From positions 1 through 59,552 of the forward strand of contig DATBTF010000092.1 of the NCBI GenBank assembly GCA_036559405.1: DNA of 59,552 nucleotides, written 5' to 3'. The number at the start of each line of letters is the position of its first letter. Position 1 is the first letter of the stretch. The DNA is from Bdellovibrionota bacterium (GTDB lineage: Bacteria > Bdellovibrionota > UBA1018 > CAIPTA01). Made by a program: the position numbers and the translations under genes. The notes beneath the pieces were generated by a model. It saw nothing but the letters and a program-made list of their open reading frames with translations, made no database searches and was not told the DNA's origin. Shown piece by piece: positions 35,438-45,476 of the stretch.

Positions 35438-35809
35438 TCAAGCGCAGTAGAGCTCTACGAAGTCCATCAGGCGCTGCAGGTCGATCGGTTTCTTGAGACA
35501 AGCCAGCGCTCCCGGCACATAAGGCTTGCCCGGCACAGCCGAGAGCACCAGCACGGGAACATCCGAAAGCTCAGGAGTTTTATTCTTGTGCTCGAGAAAC
35601 TCCCATCCGTTCATCACCGGCATCATCAGATCGAGAAGCACCAGTCCAGGCTTGTGCTTCTCCAGCTGCAGAAGCGCCTCTTTTCCGTTGGCGGCGGTCT
35701 CCACGTGATAGCCCTCCTCGGAAAGAAACTCCCCGAGGCTGGAGCGCACATCGCTATCGTCCTCCACCACCAGCACGCTGCGCGCATTCTTTTCCAGTTC
35801 GCTCGACAT
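35438..35809 (-). CDS. Single-domain response regulator (CheY-like receiver)
   Basis: 123 aa. VLVVEDDSDVRSSL, LVLLDLMMPVMNGWEF, CLKKPI. No kinase gene adjacent. Confidence 0.9.
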   Translation of the reverse strand: MSSELEKNARSVLVVEDDSDVRSSLGEFLSEEGYHVETAANGKEALLQLEKHKPGLVLLDLMMPVMNGWEFLEHKNKTPELSDVPVLVLSAVPGKPYVPGALACLKKPIDLQRLMDFVELYCA

Positions 35810-35866
35810 GGCCCCACTCTAGGAGGATTCCGCTCCTTCGCCCCGCACCAAAACGCCGCATTTCCC

Positions 35867-35900
35867 GGAATTGGCACACACGGTCGCAGGTGCCAATTCC
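35867..35900. repeat. Inverted repeat GGAATTGGCAC-N12-GTGCCAATTCC in a divergent promoter region
   Basis: 11-bp perfect arms read directly. Lies between the response-regulator start (35809) and the small gene at 36112. Confidence 0.85.
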
Positions 35901-36111
35901 CACTCTTCTTGGTTGCCGCCTCCCCATCTTCTGCCTAAACTAGAATCCGAAGCCCGACCAATCAACGCCAGGAGGCGCCTTTGGTCGCACGCATTGTCTT
36001 CTTTGGATTGCTGATTTTCTTTTTTATCTGGGGCACGAGCCGGGCCGGGACATCCGAACCCGCCAGCGCAGACCCCTCTTCGGAAAGCTCAAAATCAGCA
36101 GGGGGTGAGAG

Positions 36112-36375
36112 ATGTCCGATACCGATATGAAAGCCGAACTGGAAAAGCTGCGCCGGGAAAACGAGGAATTGAAACAAGGCCGGAAGCGCGGAGGCGCCTT
36201 GAACCTCAAAGTGAGCCAGAAGGGAGCCGTTTCTCTTTACGGAATGGGCCGCTTTCCCGTGACCCTCTACAAAGAACAGTGGCAGCGTGTGCTCGAATTC
36301 GCCGATGAAATCAAAAAATTCATCGATGAGAACTCGGGATCCCTGAAGACGAAGGGCGACAAGGACGAAGAATAG
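36112..36375 (+). CDS. Small hypothetical protein (N-terminal coiled coil, acidic tail)
   Basis: 87 aa. SD GGGGGTGAG upstream. Its stop is 1 nt before the thioredoxin ATG. No family recognised. Confidence 0.55.
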   Translation: MSDTDMKAELEKLRRENEELKQGRKRGGALNLKVSQKGAVSLYGMGRFPVTLYKEQWQRVLEFADEIKKFIDENSGSLKTKGDKDEE

Positions 36376-36376
36376 G

Positions 36377-36748
36377 ATGCCGACCCATAAAGTGACCATG
36401 GAGAACTTCGAGGAAGTGGTGGAGGGCCACGAGATGGTGCTTCTCGACTTCTGGGCCGCATGGTGCCAGCCGTGCAAGCTGCTGGGCCCGGTTTTCGAGG
36501 AGATGTCCAACCACAATTCCGATATTTTTTTCGGGAAGGTGAATACGGAGCAAAGCCAGGACCTCGCCCAGGCCTTCCAGGTGCGGTCGATCCCGACGAT
36601 AATGGCGTTCAAGAAAGGCGAGCTGGTGTTTGAGCAGAGCGGCCTGCTCCCGCCGGCCCAGTTAGAAAAACTGCTCGAGAACCTGCGCAAGCTGGAGCTG
36701 CCGCCCCCCGACGATCTGGAAGAAGAAATGGCAGGAGAAGAGGCCTAG
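36377..36748 (+). CDS. trxA: Thioredoxin
   Basis: FWAAWCQPCK (WCxPC active site). IPTIMAFKKGE (cis-Pro block). Unusual acidic C-terminal extension. Confidence 0.85.
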   Translation: MPTHKVTMENFEEVVEGHEMVLLDFWAAWCQPCKLLGPVFEEMSNHNSDIFFGKVNTEQSQDLAQAFQVRSIPTIMAFKKGELVFEQSGLLPPAQLEKLLENLRKLELPPPDDLEEEMAGEEA

Positions 36749-36948
36749 GACTTCCCCGGCTCGTGTGCGAACCCGTAAGGGCAGTGCCGGCAACCGCTTC
36801 CACAACAGGTTCCGCGCTTTCTTAAATAGGCCTCCGTCATCACCAGCAGGCCCGTTTCCTTGTCGATGTAATAGTCCCGGCCCTCGAGAAGCTTCCCATC
36901 CTGTTGCTCGCGCTCAGCCTTGTTCTCGTTTTTTTTGGAATCCGTCAC
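36745..36948 (-). CDS. Small Cys-rich protein ([11 protein letters not shown] motif, DUF5522-like)
   Basis: 67 aa. The GTG start overlaps the betA stop (GTGA). C-terminal [13 protein letters not shown] block. The family name is from memory. Confidence 0.55.
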   Translation of the reverse strand: MTDSKKNENKAEREQQDGKLLEGRDYYIDKETGLLVMTEAYLRKRGTCCGSGCRHCPYGFAHEPGKS

Positions 36949-38606
36949 TTCTTATGCCGGTAAAATTCCACCTTCGCGGGTGGCAACGGGCTTCTCCCCA
37001 AAATCAGATCGGCCGCCTTCTCCGCGATCATCATCACGGGAGCATAGAGGTTGCCGTTGGTAATATACGGCATCACGGAAGCATCCACCACACGCAGGCC
37101 CTCCACTCCATGCACGCGCATGGACTTCGGATCCACGACGGCCATCCTATCGGTGCCCATTTTGCAGGTGCAAGACGGGTGAAGCGCCGTCTCCGAATCT
37201 TTCGCGACCCAATCCAGAATTTCCTGGTCTGTTTCAACCCTCGGACCCGGGCTCACCTCTCCTCCATTGAATTCGGCAAAGGCCGGCTGGGTGAGGATTT
37301 TCCGCGAAGTGCGCACCGCTTCGATCCACTCCTGGCGGTCGGTTGTCGTCGATAAATAGTTGAAACGCAAAGCGGGATACTGGGCCGGATCCCTGGATTT
37401 TATTTTTATCGAACCCCTGACGTCCGAATTCATCGGGCCCACGTGCACCTGATAGCCATGGCCACCCGAGGGCGAAGTACCGTCGTAGCGGATCGCGATC
37501 GGAAGGAAGTGGTACTGCAGATTGGGATACTCCACCGTATCGTTCGAGCGCACGAAGCCGCCCGCCTCGAAGTGGTTCGTGGCTCCCAGTCCCTTGCGCA
37601 AAAATAGCCACTGAAAGCCGATCCACGGGCGATTCCACCATTTGAGCGCGGGATAAACGCTCACCGGTTTCTTGCAGGCATATTGAATGTACACCTCCAG
37701 ATGATCCTGGAGATTTTCCCCCACTCCCGGCAGGTCATGCACCACCGGTATTCCCATGGCCTCGAGCTCTTTCCTGTTTCCCACCCCCGAAAGCTGCAGC
37801 AGCTGGGGAGAATTGATCGCGCCCCCGCAGAGGATCACTTCTTTGGCGCGCACCTGGTGGAGTTTGCCGCATTTCCTGAACTCCACGCCCACGGCCTTTT
37901 TGCCCTCGAACAGAACTCTCGTGGTCAGAGCACGGGTCACAACTTCGAGGTTTCTGTTTTTGCGCTCTTTCAGGGCAGGATGCAGATACGCTCTTGCGGC
38001 GGACAGCCTTCTGGCACGGAAAATATTTCTATCAAACGGGGCAAAACCCTCCTGCTTGAAACCGTTCACGTCCTCGGTAAGCGGGTAGCCAGCCTGCTGC
38101 ACGGCCTGAAAAAATGCCTTGAAGAGCGGGTTGGTGCAGGGGCCGAACTCAAGCTTCAGCGGGCCTTTGTCGCCATGGAATTTATCGGCCCCTTTGATGC
38201 GGGTTTCCGAGCGCATGAAGTACGGCAGGCAATGTGCGTAGTCCCAGCTTTCCATGCCGGGGTCCTTCGCCCATTTCTCAAAGTCCATGGGATTGCCACG
38301 AATGAAGATCATTCCATTGATCGAGCTCGAGCCGCCGAGCAATTTCCCTCGCGCATGATAGACGGTGCGCCCGTTCATGAAAGGCTCAGGCTCGGAGCGG
38401 AAACCCCAGTCGTAAAACCTGTTCCCCAGCGGGAAGGAAAGTCCGGCGGGCATATGGATGAAGATGTCCCAGAGAGAGTCCCAGCGGCCCGCCTCCAGCA
38501 CCAGCACCTTGTGCCCGGGATCCTCGCTCAGCCGGTTCGCCAGAACGCAGCCAGCGGAGCCTCCGCCCACGATGATGGTGTCGTATGTGGAATATTTGGT
38601 CTTCAT
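36945..38606 (-). CDS. betA: Choline dehydrogenase (GMC oxidoreductase)
   Basis: [25 protein letters not shown] fold. Long collinear blocks match my recollection of E. coli BetA ([44 protein letters not shown]). Confidence 0.9.
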   Translation of the reverse strand: MKTKYSTYDTIIVGGGSAGCVLANRLSEDPGHKVLVLEAGRWDSLWDIFIHMPAGLSFPLGNRFYDWGFRSEPEPFMNGRTVYHARGKLLGGSSSINGMIFIRGNPMDFEKWAKDPGMESWDYAHCLPYFMRSETRIKGADKFHGDKGPLKLEFGPCTNPLFKAFFQAVQQAGYPLTEDVNGFKQEGFAPFDRNIFRARRLSAARAYLHPALKERKNRNLEVVTRALTTRVLFEGKKAVGVEFRKCGKLHQVRAKEVILCGGAINSPQLLQLSGVGNRKELEAMGIPVVHDLPGVGENLQDHLEVYIQYACKKPVSVYPALKWWNRPWIGFQWLFLRKGLGATNHFEAGGFVRSNDTVEYPNLQYHFLPIAIRYDGTSPSGGHGYQVHVGPMNSDVRGSIKIKSRDPAQYPALRFNYLSTTTDRQEWIEAVRTSRKILTQPAFAEFNGGEVSPGPRVETDQEILDWVAKDSETALHPSCTCKMGTDRMAVVDPKSMRVHGVEGLRVVDASVMPYITNGNLYAPVMMIAEKAADLILGRSPLPPAKVEFYRHKK

Positions 38607-38629
38607 TTTCTTTTTTTGGCTGCTGCTTT

Positions 38630-40093
38630 CTAAAAAGGCGAAGGCAGATCCCCCATCTCCACGTAGACGCTCTTCACCCTCGTATAGTGCTCGAGCGCCT
38701 CAAGCCCGTTCTCCCTTCCGAGGCCCGAACGTTTCACCCCGCCGAACGGAATCTCCACGGGTGTGATGTTGTAGTGGTTGATCCAGCAGGTGCCGGCATC
38801 GAGCCGCGCCACCACGCGATGCGCTCGCTGGATGTCGCGGGTGAAAACGCCCGCGGCAAGGCCGAAATCCGTCGAGTTGGCGCGCACGATCGCTTCCTCT
38901 TCGTTCCGGAAAGGCAGCACCGCCATCACGGGGCCGAAGATCTCCTCCTTCACCAGTTTCATATGGTCGCGGCAGTCGGCGAAAACCGCCGGAGTGAGGA
39001 AGTTGCCTTTGCGCAAGTCATAGTCCGCGCCGCGGAAATCCGGGGTCTCGCCTCCGCAAACCAGGCGTGCCCCCTCGCCCATGCCCAGCTCGATATGGTT
39101 TTTCACCTTCTCGAGATGCGCCTTGGAGATCAGCGCGCCCATCTGGGTTTTGGGGTCCATCGGATTGCCCACCCGGATCGCCTGGGTGCGCGGCACCAGC
39201 GCCTCCAGAAAGTCGTCGTAGATTTTTTCCTGTACGAAAACGCGGGTGCCGTTCGAGCACACCTCTCCCTGGGTGAAGAAGTTCGCCAGCAGGGCCCCGC
39301 TCACAGCCTGCTCCAGCGGAGCGTCTTCGAATATCAGCAGCGGGCTTTTACCTCCGAGCTCCATGGTGACGCTCTTGAGCGTTGTGGCCGCGTCTTTCAT
39401 GGCGGCGATTCCGGTGCCCACGGAGCCCGTCAGCGAAAGTTTTGCAATGCCTTTGTGGAGGGAAAGCGCCCTGCCCACTTCAGCGCCACCTTGAACCACA
39501 TTAAATACGCCGGGCGGCAGTCCTGCCTCGACGAGAATCTCCGCCAGGGCAAGCGCCGTCATCGGCGTGAGCTCAGATGGTTTGAAGACCATCGTATTTC
39601 CGGCAGCCAAGGCGGGAGCGAGCTTCCAGCAGGCGATCTGCAGCGGATAATTCCAGGCGCCGATGGCACCGCAAACCCCCAGGGGCTCTCGGCGGGTATA
39701 GGCGAAGGATTTGCCGAGGTCCACGTAACGCCCGCTCAGGCCGGAGACCACTCCCGCGAAAAATTCCAGTGCGTCGGCTGCCGAAGGAATGTCGACGGTC
39801 TTGGATTCCGTGATCGGCTTGCCATTATCGGTGGTCTCGAGCTCGGCAAGCGTGGCTACTTTCTCCCGGAGCAAGCCCGCGGCCCGGCGGAGAACACGCC
39901 CCCGCTCTGTGGCCGACTGCGCGGCCCAGCCGGGAAAGGCATTCTGCGCACTTTCCACGGCATGGTCCACTTCCTTCAGTGTTGCCGGGTGTACAATCGC
40001 GAACTCCTCGCCGGTCGCCGGATTCACCGAGGGAAAGGGGGAACCGGTTCCCAGAGTCACGCGTCCGTTCAAAAACAATCCGGCCTTTTTCAT
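38630..40093 (-). CDS. betB: Betaine-aldehyde dehydrogenase
   Basis: 487 aa ALDH. ELGGKSP, catalytic Cys block [19 protein letters not shown]. Sits upstream of betA on the same strand. Confidence 0.88.
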   Translation of the reverse strand: MKKAGLFLNGRVTLGTGSPFPSVNPATGEEFAIVHPATLKEVDHAVESAQNAFPGWAAQSATERGRVLRRAAGLLREKVATLAELETTDNGKPITESKTVDIPSAADALEFFAGVVSGLSGRYVDLGKSFAYTRREPLGVCGAIGAWNYPLQIACWKLAPALAAGNTMVFKPSELTPMTALALAEILVEAGLPPGVFNVVQGGAEVGRALSLHKGIAKLSLTGSVGTGIAAMKDAATTLKSVTMELGGKSPLLIFEDAPLEQAVSGALLANFFTQGEVCSNGTRVFVQEKIYDDFLEALVPRTQAIRVGNPMDPKTQMGALISKAHLEKVKNHIELGMGEGARLVCGGETPDFRGADYDLRKGNFLTPAVFADCRDHMKLVKEEIFGPVMAVLPFRNEEEAIVRANSTDFGLAAGVFTRDIQRAHRVVARLDAGTCWINHYNITPVEIPFGGVKRSGLGRENGLEALEHYTRVKSVYVEMGDLPSPF

Positions 40094-41019
40094 GTGGACC
40101 TCCGAACGCCCGGAGCCAGGAAGATCCAGGCCACCGAACCGAGCACGATCGCCATTCCCGCGAAGGAGCGCACTCCGAGCTTTTCATCCATTACGAGGGC
40201 TCCGAGAACCAGGGCCACCACGGGATTCACGTAAGCGAAACTCATCAGCAGGTTCACGGGAAGAACCCGCAGCGTATGGGCGTAGGCCAGAAAGGCCAGC
40301 ACGGTGCCGACGAAGAGAAGATAGCAGCCCGCGAGCAGCGCTTCCCCTCCGGGAATCACCCGGCTTTCTCCCGCGAGCAAGGCAATCAGGAACGAGACCA
40401 GGCTGGCGCTCAGCAGCTGATAGCCCCCCGTCAATGCAAGCGGCAGGTGCCGGGCGGGACCGTCGCCGAGCACCGAGCCCAGGGCCCAGAAGAAAGCAGA
40501 TAAAACAAGAGCGGCGCCATCAATCCAGAGACCGCCCCCCAGCGACGAGCCGTCGAGCGGCAGCACCAGCGAAACGCCGAGAAAACCTACCAGTACAGGC
40601 AGAAGTTTTTTTGCCTGCCAATCGTTCTTGCGCCAGCACTCCAGTAGAACCGCCCAGAGCGGCACGGAAGCGAAGATCAGAGCCGCGAGACCGGAGTCCA
40701 CCCGCTGCTCAGCCCAGATCACGAGCGCGTGCCCGCCGATCCAGAACAACAAGCCCGTGAACGCCAGCCAGGCGAACGGTTTCCAGCCGACACGAAGCGA
40801 GTGTCCGCAGGCAAGGGCAACGAGCAGGAGCACCAGGCCGGCGCCACCTGTGCGGAAGGCGGCCAGCATGAAAGGAGCGAAAGAATGGTCGCCGCGGATC
40901 GCAATGCGGATCGCCAGAAAGGTGGAGCCCCACACAAAGTAGACGAAGAGTAATGCCAGCAGGCCAGATCGAGAGATTTGCACCGTGCCCCAAGAATAGC
41001 ACGGCGCCTTTACGGGCAC
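40090..41019 (-). CDS. EamA/DMT-family transporter
   Basis: About 10 TM segments, two EamA-type halves (FVWGSTFLAIRIA...). The stop overlaps the betB ATG (ATGA). The start is uncertain: the ORF-track start is a GTG immediately next to an upstream terminator. Confidence 0.8.
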   Translation of the reverse strand: MPVKAPCYSWGTVQISRSGLLALLFVYFVWGSTFLAIRIAIRGDHSFAPFMLAAFRTGGAGLVLLLVALACGHSLRVGWKPFAWLAFTGLLFWIGGHALVIWAEQRVDSGLAALIFASVPLWAVLLECWRKNDWQAKKLLPVLVGFLGVSLVLPLDGSSLGGGLWIDGAALVLSAFFWALGSVLGDGPARHLPLALTGGYQLLSASLVSFLIALLAGESRVIPGGEALLAGCYLLFVGTVLAFLAYAHTLRVLPVNLLMSFAYVNPVVALVLGALVMDEKLGVRSFAGMAIVLGSVAWIFLAPGVRRST

Positions 41020-41053
41020 AAAAAAGGCCGGGGCCCGTTTCCAGGCACCCGGC
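41020..41053 (-). terminator. Rho-independent terminator downstream of 41068-41457
   Basis: Minus strand: GCCGGGTGCC-loop-GGCCCCGGC stem (9 bp with one bulge) followed by TTTTTT. Confidence 0.45.
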
Positions 41054-41067
41054 TCAGGGGAAATCGA

Positions 41068-41457
41068 TTAACGCAATTTCAGGGTGCAGCGCACATAGGC
41101 CAGGATCGTGGGGGGCATGTCACGGTTTTCCGAAGGCTGGAGCACGGTGCCCGTGGTTACCTGCTCCGTCCTGGCGCGGAGGAGTCCGCCGTTGAGGGCG
41201 AGCTTATATTCCGTTCCTTTATCGCTGATCAGATCGATGATCGTCATTTCGGAGGTGCTGCCTTGGCCCACGGAGGCCAGGAAGTTCTTCTGGAAGACTC
41301 CCCAGTAGGTTTTCAGCTTGAGACCGAAAGCCGACGACTCAGTCCCCTTCATGGTCACGCCGTTGGAGGCGTAGCACTCGAGGGAGGAAAGGCTGGCGGC
41401 CCGGGAAACTTGGGTGGAAACAATTAAAACGGCGAGGGCGAATAGGAAGGTTTTCAT
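41068..41457 (-). CDS. Small secreted hypothetical protein
   Basis: Signal peptide MKTFLFALAVLIVSTQVSRA. AAGGAG SD 6 nt upstream. AT-rich promoter region upstream. Confidence 0.65.
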   Translation of the reverse strand: MKTFLFALAVLIVSTQVSRAASLSSLECYASNGVTMKGTESSAFGLKLKTYWGVFQKNFLASVGQGSTSEMTIIDLISDKGTEYKLALNGGLLRARTEQVTTGTVLQPSENRDMPPTILAYVRCTLKLR

Positions 41458-41551
41458 CTTTAGCTCCTTGAGAATTTGGTGTCCTTGAATCGAGAAATAC
41501 TCGACGACGACCCATTTGCAAATAGCTAAATAAAAAATTTATTATTTTAGG

Positions 41552-41581
41552 TTTTTTACTCTAGTTAGATTTTTTACTCTA
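41552..41581. repeat. Direct repeat TTTTTTACTCTA x2 (18-bp period) in an AT-rich intergenic island
   Basis: Copies at 41552-41563 and 41570-41581. Upstream of 41068-41457 and immediately downstream of the GATase gene. Confidence 0.8.
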
Positions 41582-41583
41582 AA

Positions 41584-42345
41584 TCAAACGGGTTTCCCAT
41601 GGCCGGAGCGGGCCAGAGGCGAACGCTCCCCGACGCCAAACAGCCGCACGAACTCGAGAAAAACTTTCTTACTCAGCTCCAGCGAGCGGCCGAGATAAAG
41701 GCCGGTCTCCTGCTCCATCCGCGCGACAGCCTGTTTGCCTCCGAACTCTTCCACTTCGTCCCGGTTCGCGGGCACATCGAGAAAACGGCGGATCATTGCG
41801 GCATCGACCTCAAGATGGAACTGCAGGCCATAGGCCTTTTCGCCGTAGCGGAAGGCCTGTCCGGCGCAAAGGGACGATTGAGCAAGATGCACGGCGCCCC
41901 GGGGAATGTCGAAGGTATCCCCATGCATCTGAAACACTTTTTCCTTGGGCCGAAAATGCCGCAGGAGAGCGTCGCTCCTCCCCTCCTCCGTAAGCTCCAC
42001 CCCGTGCCAGCCCACCTCTTTCTCCTCGTGCCGGCGCACATTCGCCCCGAGCACATGGGCGAGGATCTGGGAGCCCAGGCAGATGCCCAGAACAGGAATG
42101 TTGCGGCCGAGGGCCTCTTCAATCAGCTGGCATTCCACCTTGATGTGCGGATAGAGATCGGCCTCGTACACGCCCATCCAGCCGCCGAACACCACCAGGC
42201 CCTGGTATTTTTCCAGAGAGGGACGGGCCTCTGGCTCCCGCTCGAAGTTCACGTAGCGGATCCGAAAGCCCTGCTCCCGCAGCAGGGGGTTTAGGGTTCC
42301 GAGCACCTCATGGGCCACATGCTTGAAAACAATTACCCGCCGCAT
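41584..42345 (-). CDS. Class I glutamine amidotransferase-like protein
   Basis: Nucleophile elbow PVLGICLGSQILAHVLG. Later LQFHLE (His/Glu of the triad). Confidence 0.85.
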   Translation of the reverse strand: MRRVIVFKHVAHEVLGTLNPLLREQGFRIRYVNFEREPEARPSLEKYQGLVVFGGWMGVYEADLYPHIKVECQLIEEALGRNIPVLGICLGSQILAHVLGANVRRHEEKEVGWHGVELTEEGRSDALLRHFRPKEKVFQMHGDTFDIPRGAVHLAQSSLCAGQAFRYGEKAYGLQFHLEVDAAMIRRFLDVPANRDEVEEFGGKQAVARMEQETGLYLGRSLELSKKVFLEFVRLFGVGERSPLARSGHGKPV

Positions 42346-42466
42346 GCATTCAGGTTAACGGCTTATGCCACGCTTGGCCAACTATTCCGCCGCAGCGTCA
42401 AGCTGGGCACAACGCTTCCGGGAGTGGAATGATACGTTCGTCCAGAAAACTCCTGGAGGAAATCCC

Positions 42467-43696
42467 ATGCGACACATCAAGCTTGCTCCCCTGCTAGCTC
42501 TCGTTCTCGGCTTTCCCCTGTTTTACGCCAATGGAGACGATTCTCCCGGCCGCTGCTACCGCTTCACCAGCAGCAACCTGCCCAATATGGAGAAGAAGGT
42601 TTCCCCACGCATCGAGCGCTGGTGCTACCAGAAAATCTCGAGCGGTCTTTACGTTTACAACGTCGACGGCGAAAAGGTGAAACCGGAGCTCGCATTCGTG
42701 AAAGCCACCAACGGAGTGTTGACCCACGGGTCTCTACACGCCGGCAAGCTCACCATGCACAGCCTGCGCTACGATCAGTTCAACCCCTTTCCCGTGCCGC
42801 TCGACGAGCCGACCAACACGAGCTACGAAGATCCTCCGTCGAAGCCCGACTTTGTTGACGGCGCCAAAAAAGTTCTGGCCTACCTTCTGCTCGCCCAGAG
42901 CCCGAATCCTGTTACCCTAGCCATCAACGAAGGCGTGATAAAGGCCGAAAGCTCCGAGCAGCCCTGGCGCGGCTACTGGTGGCCGAACAAGGGACAGCCG
43001 ATGGTGGGGCCGATGTCCAAGTATGACTCCTATGTGTCCGCCCGTGGCGTCAGCGGTGGCGCGGCCAGCTGGGAATCCGGGCATCATCTGAGCCATGGCA
43101 TCTGGTGGGAAGGCCACTGCAACGGCTGGGCCGCGGCAGCCATTCTGCGCGCCGAGCCCACCACTCCCGTTCTCGATTCCCAGTCCGGGGTCACCTTCAG
43201 TGTCAGCGACCTGAAAGGCATCTTCACCGAGGCCGACTACTGCGCCAATGCCTCGATGTTCGGCCACCGCTACGACGGCCGGGGCGACGATCTCTACGAC
43301 ATCGATGCAGCCCTCTTCCATCGCACCCTCACCTACTATATCGGGAACCTCCACAAACCCGTGGCCATGGACTACCGGCGCGACGAAGTGATCGACAACC
43401 ACATCGTCTCCGGCTATTCGATGGAAATCGAAGAGAACAGCCCTACCGTGGTGACGGTGACTGCAACTCTTAACGTGCACAAATACGACGGATCGCGGAT
43501 CGAGGAACCAGGCGTCGCTCCGATCTACACCCGTGTATACCGCTATACGCTCACGCGGGACAGCGACGGGCTGATTACCGGAGGCAAGTGGCTGAGTGAA
43601 AACCCGGACTTCCTCTGGGTGCCCCTGAGCACGGGACGCTGCCGCTCGGGCAACCCGAATCTCGACGAGAGCATGATCAGCGGGATCCTGCGCTGA
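42467..43696 (+). CDS. Secreted hypothetical protein, possible papain/calpain/transglutaminase-fold enzyme
   Basis: ATG at 42467 (GGAGGA SD) gives signal peptide MRHIKLAPLLALVLGFPLFYANG. Cys block WEGHCNGWAAAAIL (compare the C-W-x-x-A of clan CA). His block IDNHIVSGYSME. Function tentative. Confidence 0.5.
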   Translation: MRHIKLAPLLALVLGFPLFYANGDDSPGRCYRFTSSNLPNMEKKVSPRIERWCYQKISSGLYVYNVDGEKVKPELAFVKATNGVLTHGSLHAGKLTMHSLRYDQFNPFPVPLDEPTNTSYEDPPSKPDFVDGAKKVLAYLLLAQSPNPVTLAINEGVIKAESSEQPWRGYWWPNKGQPMVGPMSKYDSYVSARGVSGGAASWESGHHLSHGIWWEGHCNGWAAAAILRAEPTTPVLDSQSGVTFSVSDLKGIFTEADYCANASMFGHRYDGRGDDLYDIDAALFHRTLTYYIGNLHKPVAMDYRRDEVIDNHIVSGYSMEIEENSPTVVTVTATLNVHKYDGSRIEEPGVAPIYTRVYRYTLTRDSDGLITGGKWLSENPDFLWVPLSTGRCRSGNPNLDESMISGILR

Positions 43697-43700
43697 ATCC

Positions 43701-44888
43701 CTAGTACGGCTGGCTGGCGGTGGAATTCCCCAGATCCATCGCCATCACCAGCGCGATCTTGGCAAACATCAGCGAGTGCGCGAAGCTCATGCGAGTGTCG
43801 ATCACGTCGCCGGCCGTATGGATGTTGTGGTTCATCCGGTCGAAGTCGGCTTCGAACGGCATCACTGTGGGAAACCCCTGGCGGTACCAGCTGGCGTGGT
43901 CGCTGCAGCCATAACCGCAGGTATCGGTGATGAGCTGCGCACCCACGTATGTATCATTGACGGCCACGACGTAGTCGCGCAGCCAGGCAGAGGTAAAATC
44001 TTCCATGCTGCCGATCACTCCCTGACCCGCGCCCGGGAATAGCGTCATATCCAGCTGGAGCACGGCCACGACATTCTTGGTTTCCGCCTTATATTTCCCG
44101 GCGATCTCTTTCGAGCCGAGCAGTCCCGACTCCTCGCCCGCGTACCAGAAAAACTCGATGGTTCGCTCGGCGGGTCCCTTGCTGAGGAAAACCCGCAGGG
44201 CTTCGAGAATGCTGGCCGAGCCCGAGGCGTTGTCGTCCGCACCGGGCGCGTTGCCCATGCGGCTGATGGAATCGAGGTGTCCGCCGATCACCACGATCTG
44301 GCGCGGGCGGGTGGTCCCTTCGATATGGAGGCGCAGGCTCTTCTGCTGCGTGGAGGTGTGAGCGATCTGCTCAAGCTTCCAGGAGCCGCGGAAACCCGTC
44401 ATGAGGTTACGCAGCCTGCCCTCGAACTGGTCCACGTGCACGTTCGGGCGCGGATCCTTGTTATAGCGGTTCGGAAACGCGGCCAGCCACTCCACAGTAG
44501 TGCGGATATTGTTCTCGTCGAGCTCTTTCAGGGCCGCCACGATCTCCGGCTTTTTCTCCAGCGTAAGCAGCTTGCGCTTCTTGGCGTAGGCCCGGTCTTT
44601 TTCCACCAACGATTTCAGCGAGGCGAGCACGTCCCCCGCTTTCAGATCAGGCGAAAGGCTCTCGAAGCCCCCGCAGCGCCCGTTCTCGTGCATGATTTCG
44701 GAGATTTTTTCCTGTTGAGCCGGGTTGGCCAGGCCGTATCCGAGATTGAGACCGGCATCGGAAGAGACGACTTTCGCGCCTGCTGCTTGCAGCACATTCA
44801 GGCTGGCCAAAACGGGTTTAGCCGGGTCTGTTTTCGCGAAGGCGGAAAGGGAAAAAAGGGTTACGAGGAAAAAGGGGGATAATTTCAT
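43701..44888 (-). CDS. M28-family zinc aminopeptidase (secreted)
   Basis: Signal peptide. IGGHLDS, APGADDNASGSASILE, WYAGEESGLLGS, CSDH blocks of peptidase M28. Confidence 0.9.
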   Translation of the reverse strand: MKLSPFFLVTLFSLSAFAKTDPAKPVLASLNVLQAAGAKVVSSDAGLNLGYGLANPAQQEKISEIMHENGRCGGFESLSPDLKAGDVLASLKSLVEKDRAYAKKRKLLTLEKKPEIVAALKELDENNIRTTVEWLAAFPNRYNKDPRPNVHVDQFEGRLRNLMTGFRGSWKLEQIAHTSTQQKSLRLHIEGTTRPRQIVVIGGHLDSISRMGNAPGADDNASGSASILEALRVFLSKGPAERTIEFFWYAGEESGLLGSKEIAGKYKAETKNVVAVLQLDMTLFPGAGQGVIGSMEDFTSAWLRDYVVAVNDTYVGAQLITDTCGYGCSDHASWYRQGFPTVMPFEADFDRMNHNIHTAGDVIDTRMSFAHSLMFAKIALVMAMDLGNSTASQPY

Positions 44889-44988
44889 CTAGCCGTCCTT
44901 GGTAGAAGTGATTTGTCTTAAAGGATACGCTCGGGCAAAGGGCCCGCCAAGCGCTTTATCCTGAAGCGCCGCCAAAAAATCCTGACAA

Positions 44989-45441
44989 TTACTCGTCTTT
45001 GCTGCCGACCAGGCGTTGGATGCGTTTGCCGTACAGCGTGCAGCTCTCCAGGGCTTTCGCTGCCGTGAAATTCTTTCCCGCCTCATCCGCACAGCCGCGC
45101 TTCTCGATCTCGTCTTTCAGAGTGTCCACGATGGCGCACGTAAACGCGTACTCCATTACGGCCCCCATTACATTCTTCCCGGAGAAAATGTCCATTTCGA
45201 GAGGGCCAAGAATGCTGTCGGGGTCAGAAAGCAGGGAGTGGAAACGGGCCCGCTGCTTCGGAAGATCGGCGCGGTCGTCGGGCGAAAGGTTTTGCTCTTC
45301 GGAGGTTCCGGGGACACAAAGCAGCTGGTAGCCCTTTTCTTTTTCTTTCTGTTCCTGCTCAGCATCGGCTGCCTCGTCGGCGTGGGCGGGCAGAGAGAGC
45401 ACGAGAAAAAGAATCGCCATCAGGGAAAAGAAAGACTTCAT
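44989..45441 (-). CDS. Small secreted hypothetical protein
   Basis: ATG at 45441 gives signal peptide MKSFFSLMAILFLVLSLPAHA. The ORF-track TTG start at 45480 overlaps the helicase stop. No SD seen. Confidence 0.5.
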   Translation of the reverse strand: MKSFFSLMAILFLVLSLPAHADEAADAEQEQKEKEKGYQLLCVPGTSEEQNLSPDDRADLPKQRARFHSLLSDPDSILGPLEMDIFSGKNVMGAVMEYAFTCAIVDTLKDEIEKRGCADEAGKNFTAAKALESCTLYGKRIQRLVGSKDE

Positions 45442-45476
45442 AGGGGAGCCTAAACTATCGTAATTTAGTATTTTAG

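Noticed and set aside
35872-35888. TGGCAC inside the inverted repeat, considered as a sigma54 (-24/-12) promoter
   Set aside because: GG-N10-GC spacing is not met on either strand (off by one, and no TTGC element). I treat it only as an inverted repeat or possible operator.
38585-40234. 549-aa plus-strand ORF opposite betB
   Set aside because: BetB on the minus strand has unmistakable ALDH motifs. The plus-strand translation is low-complexity and Arg/Gly/His-rich.
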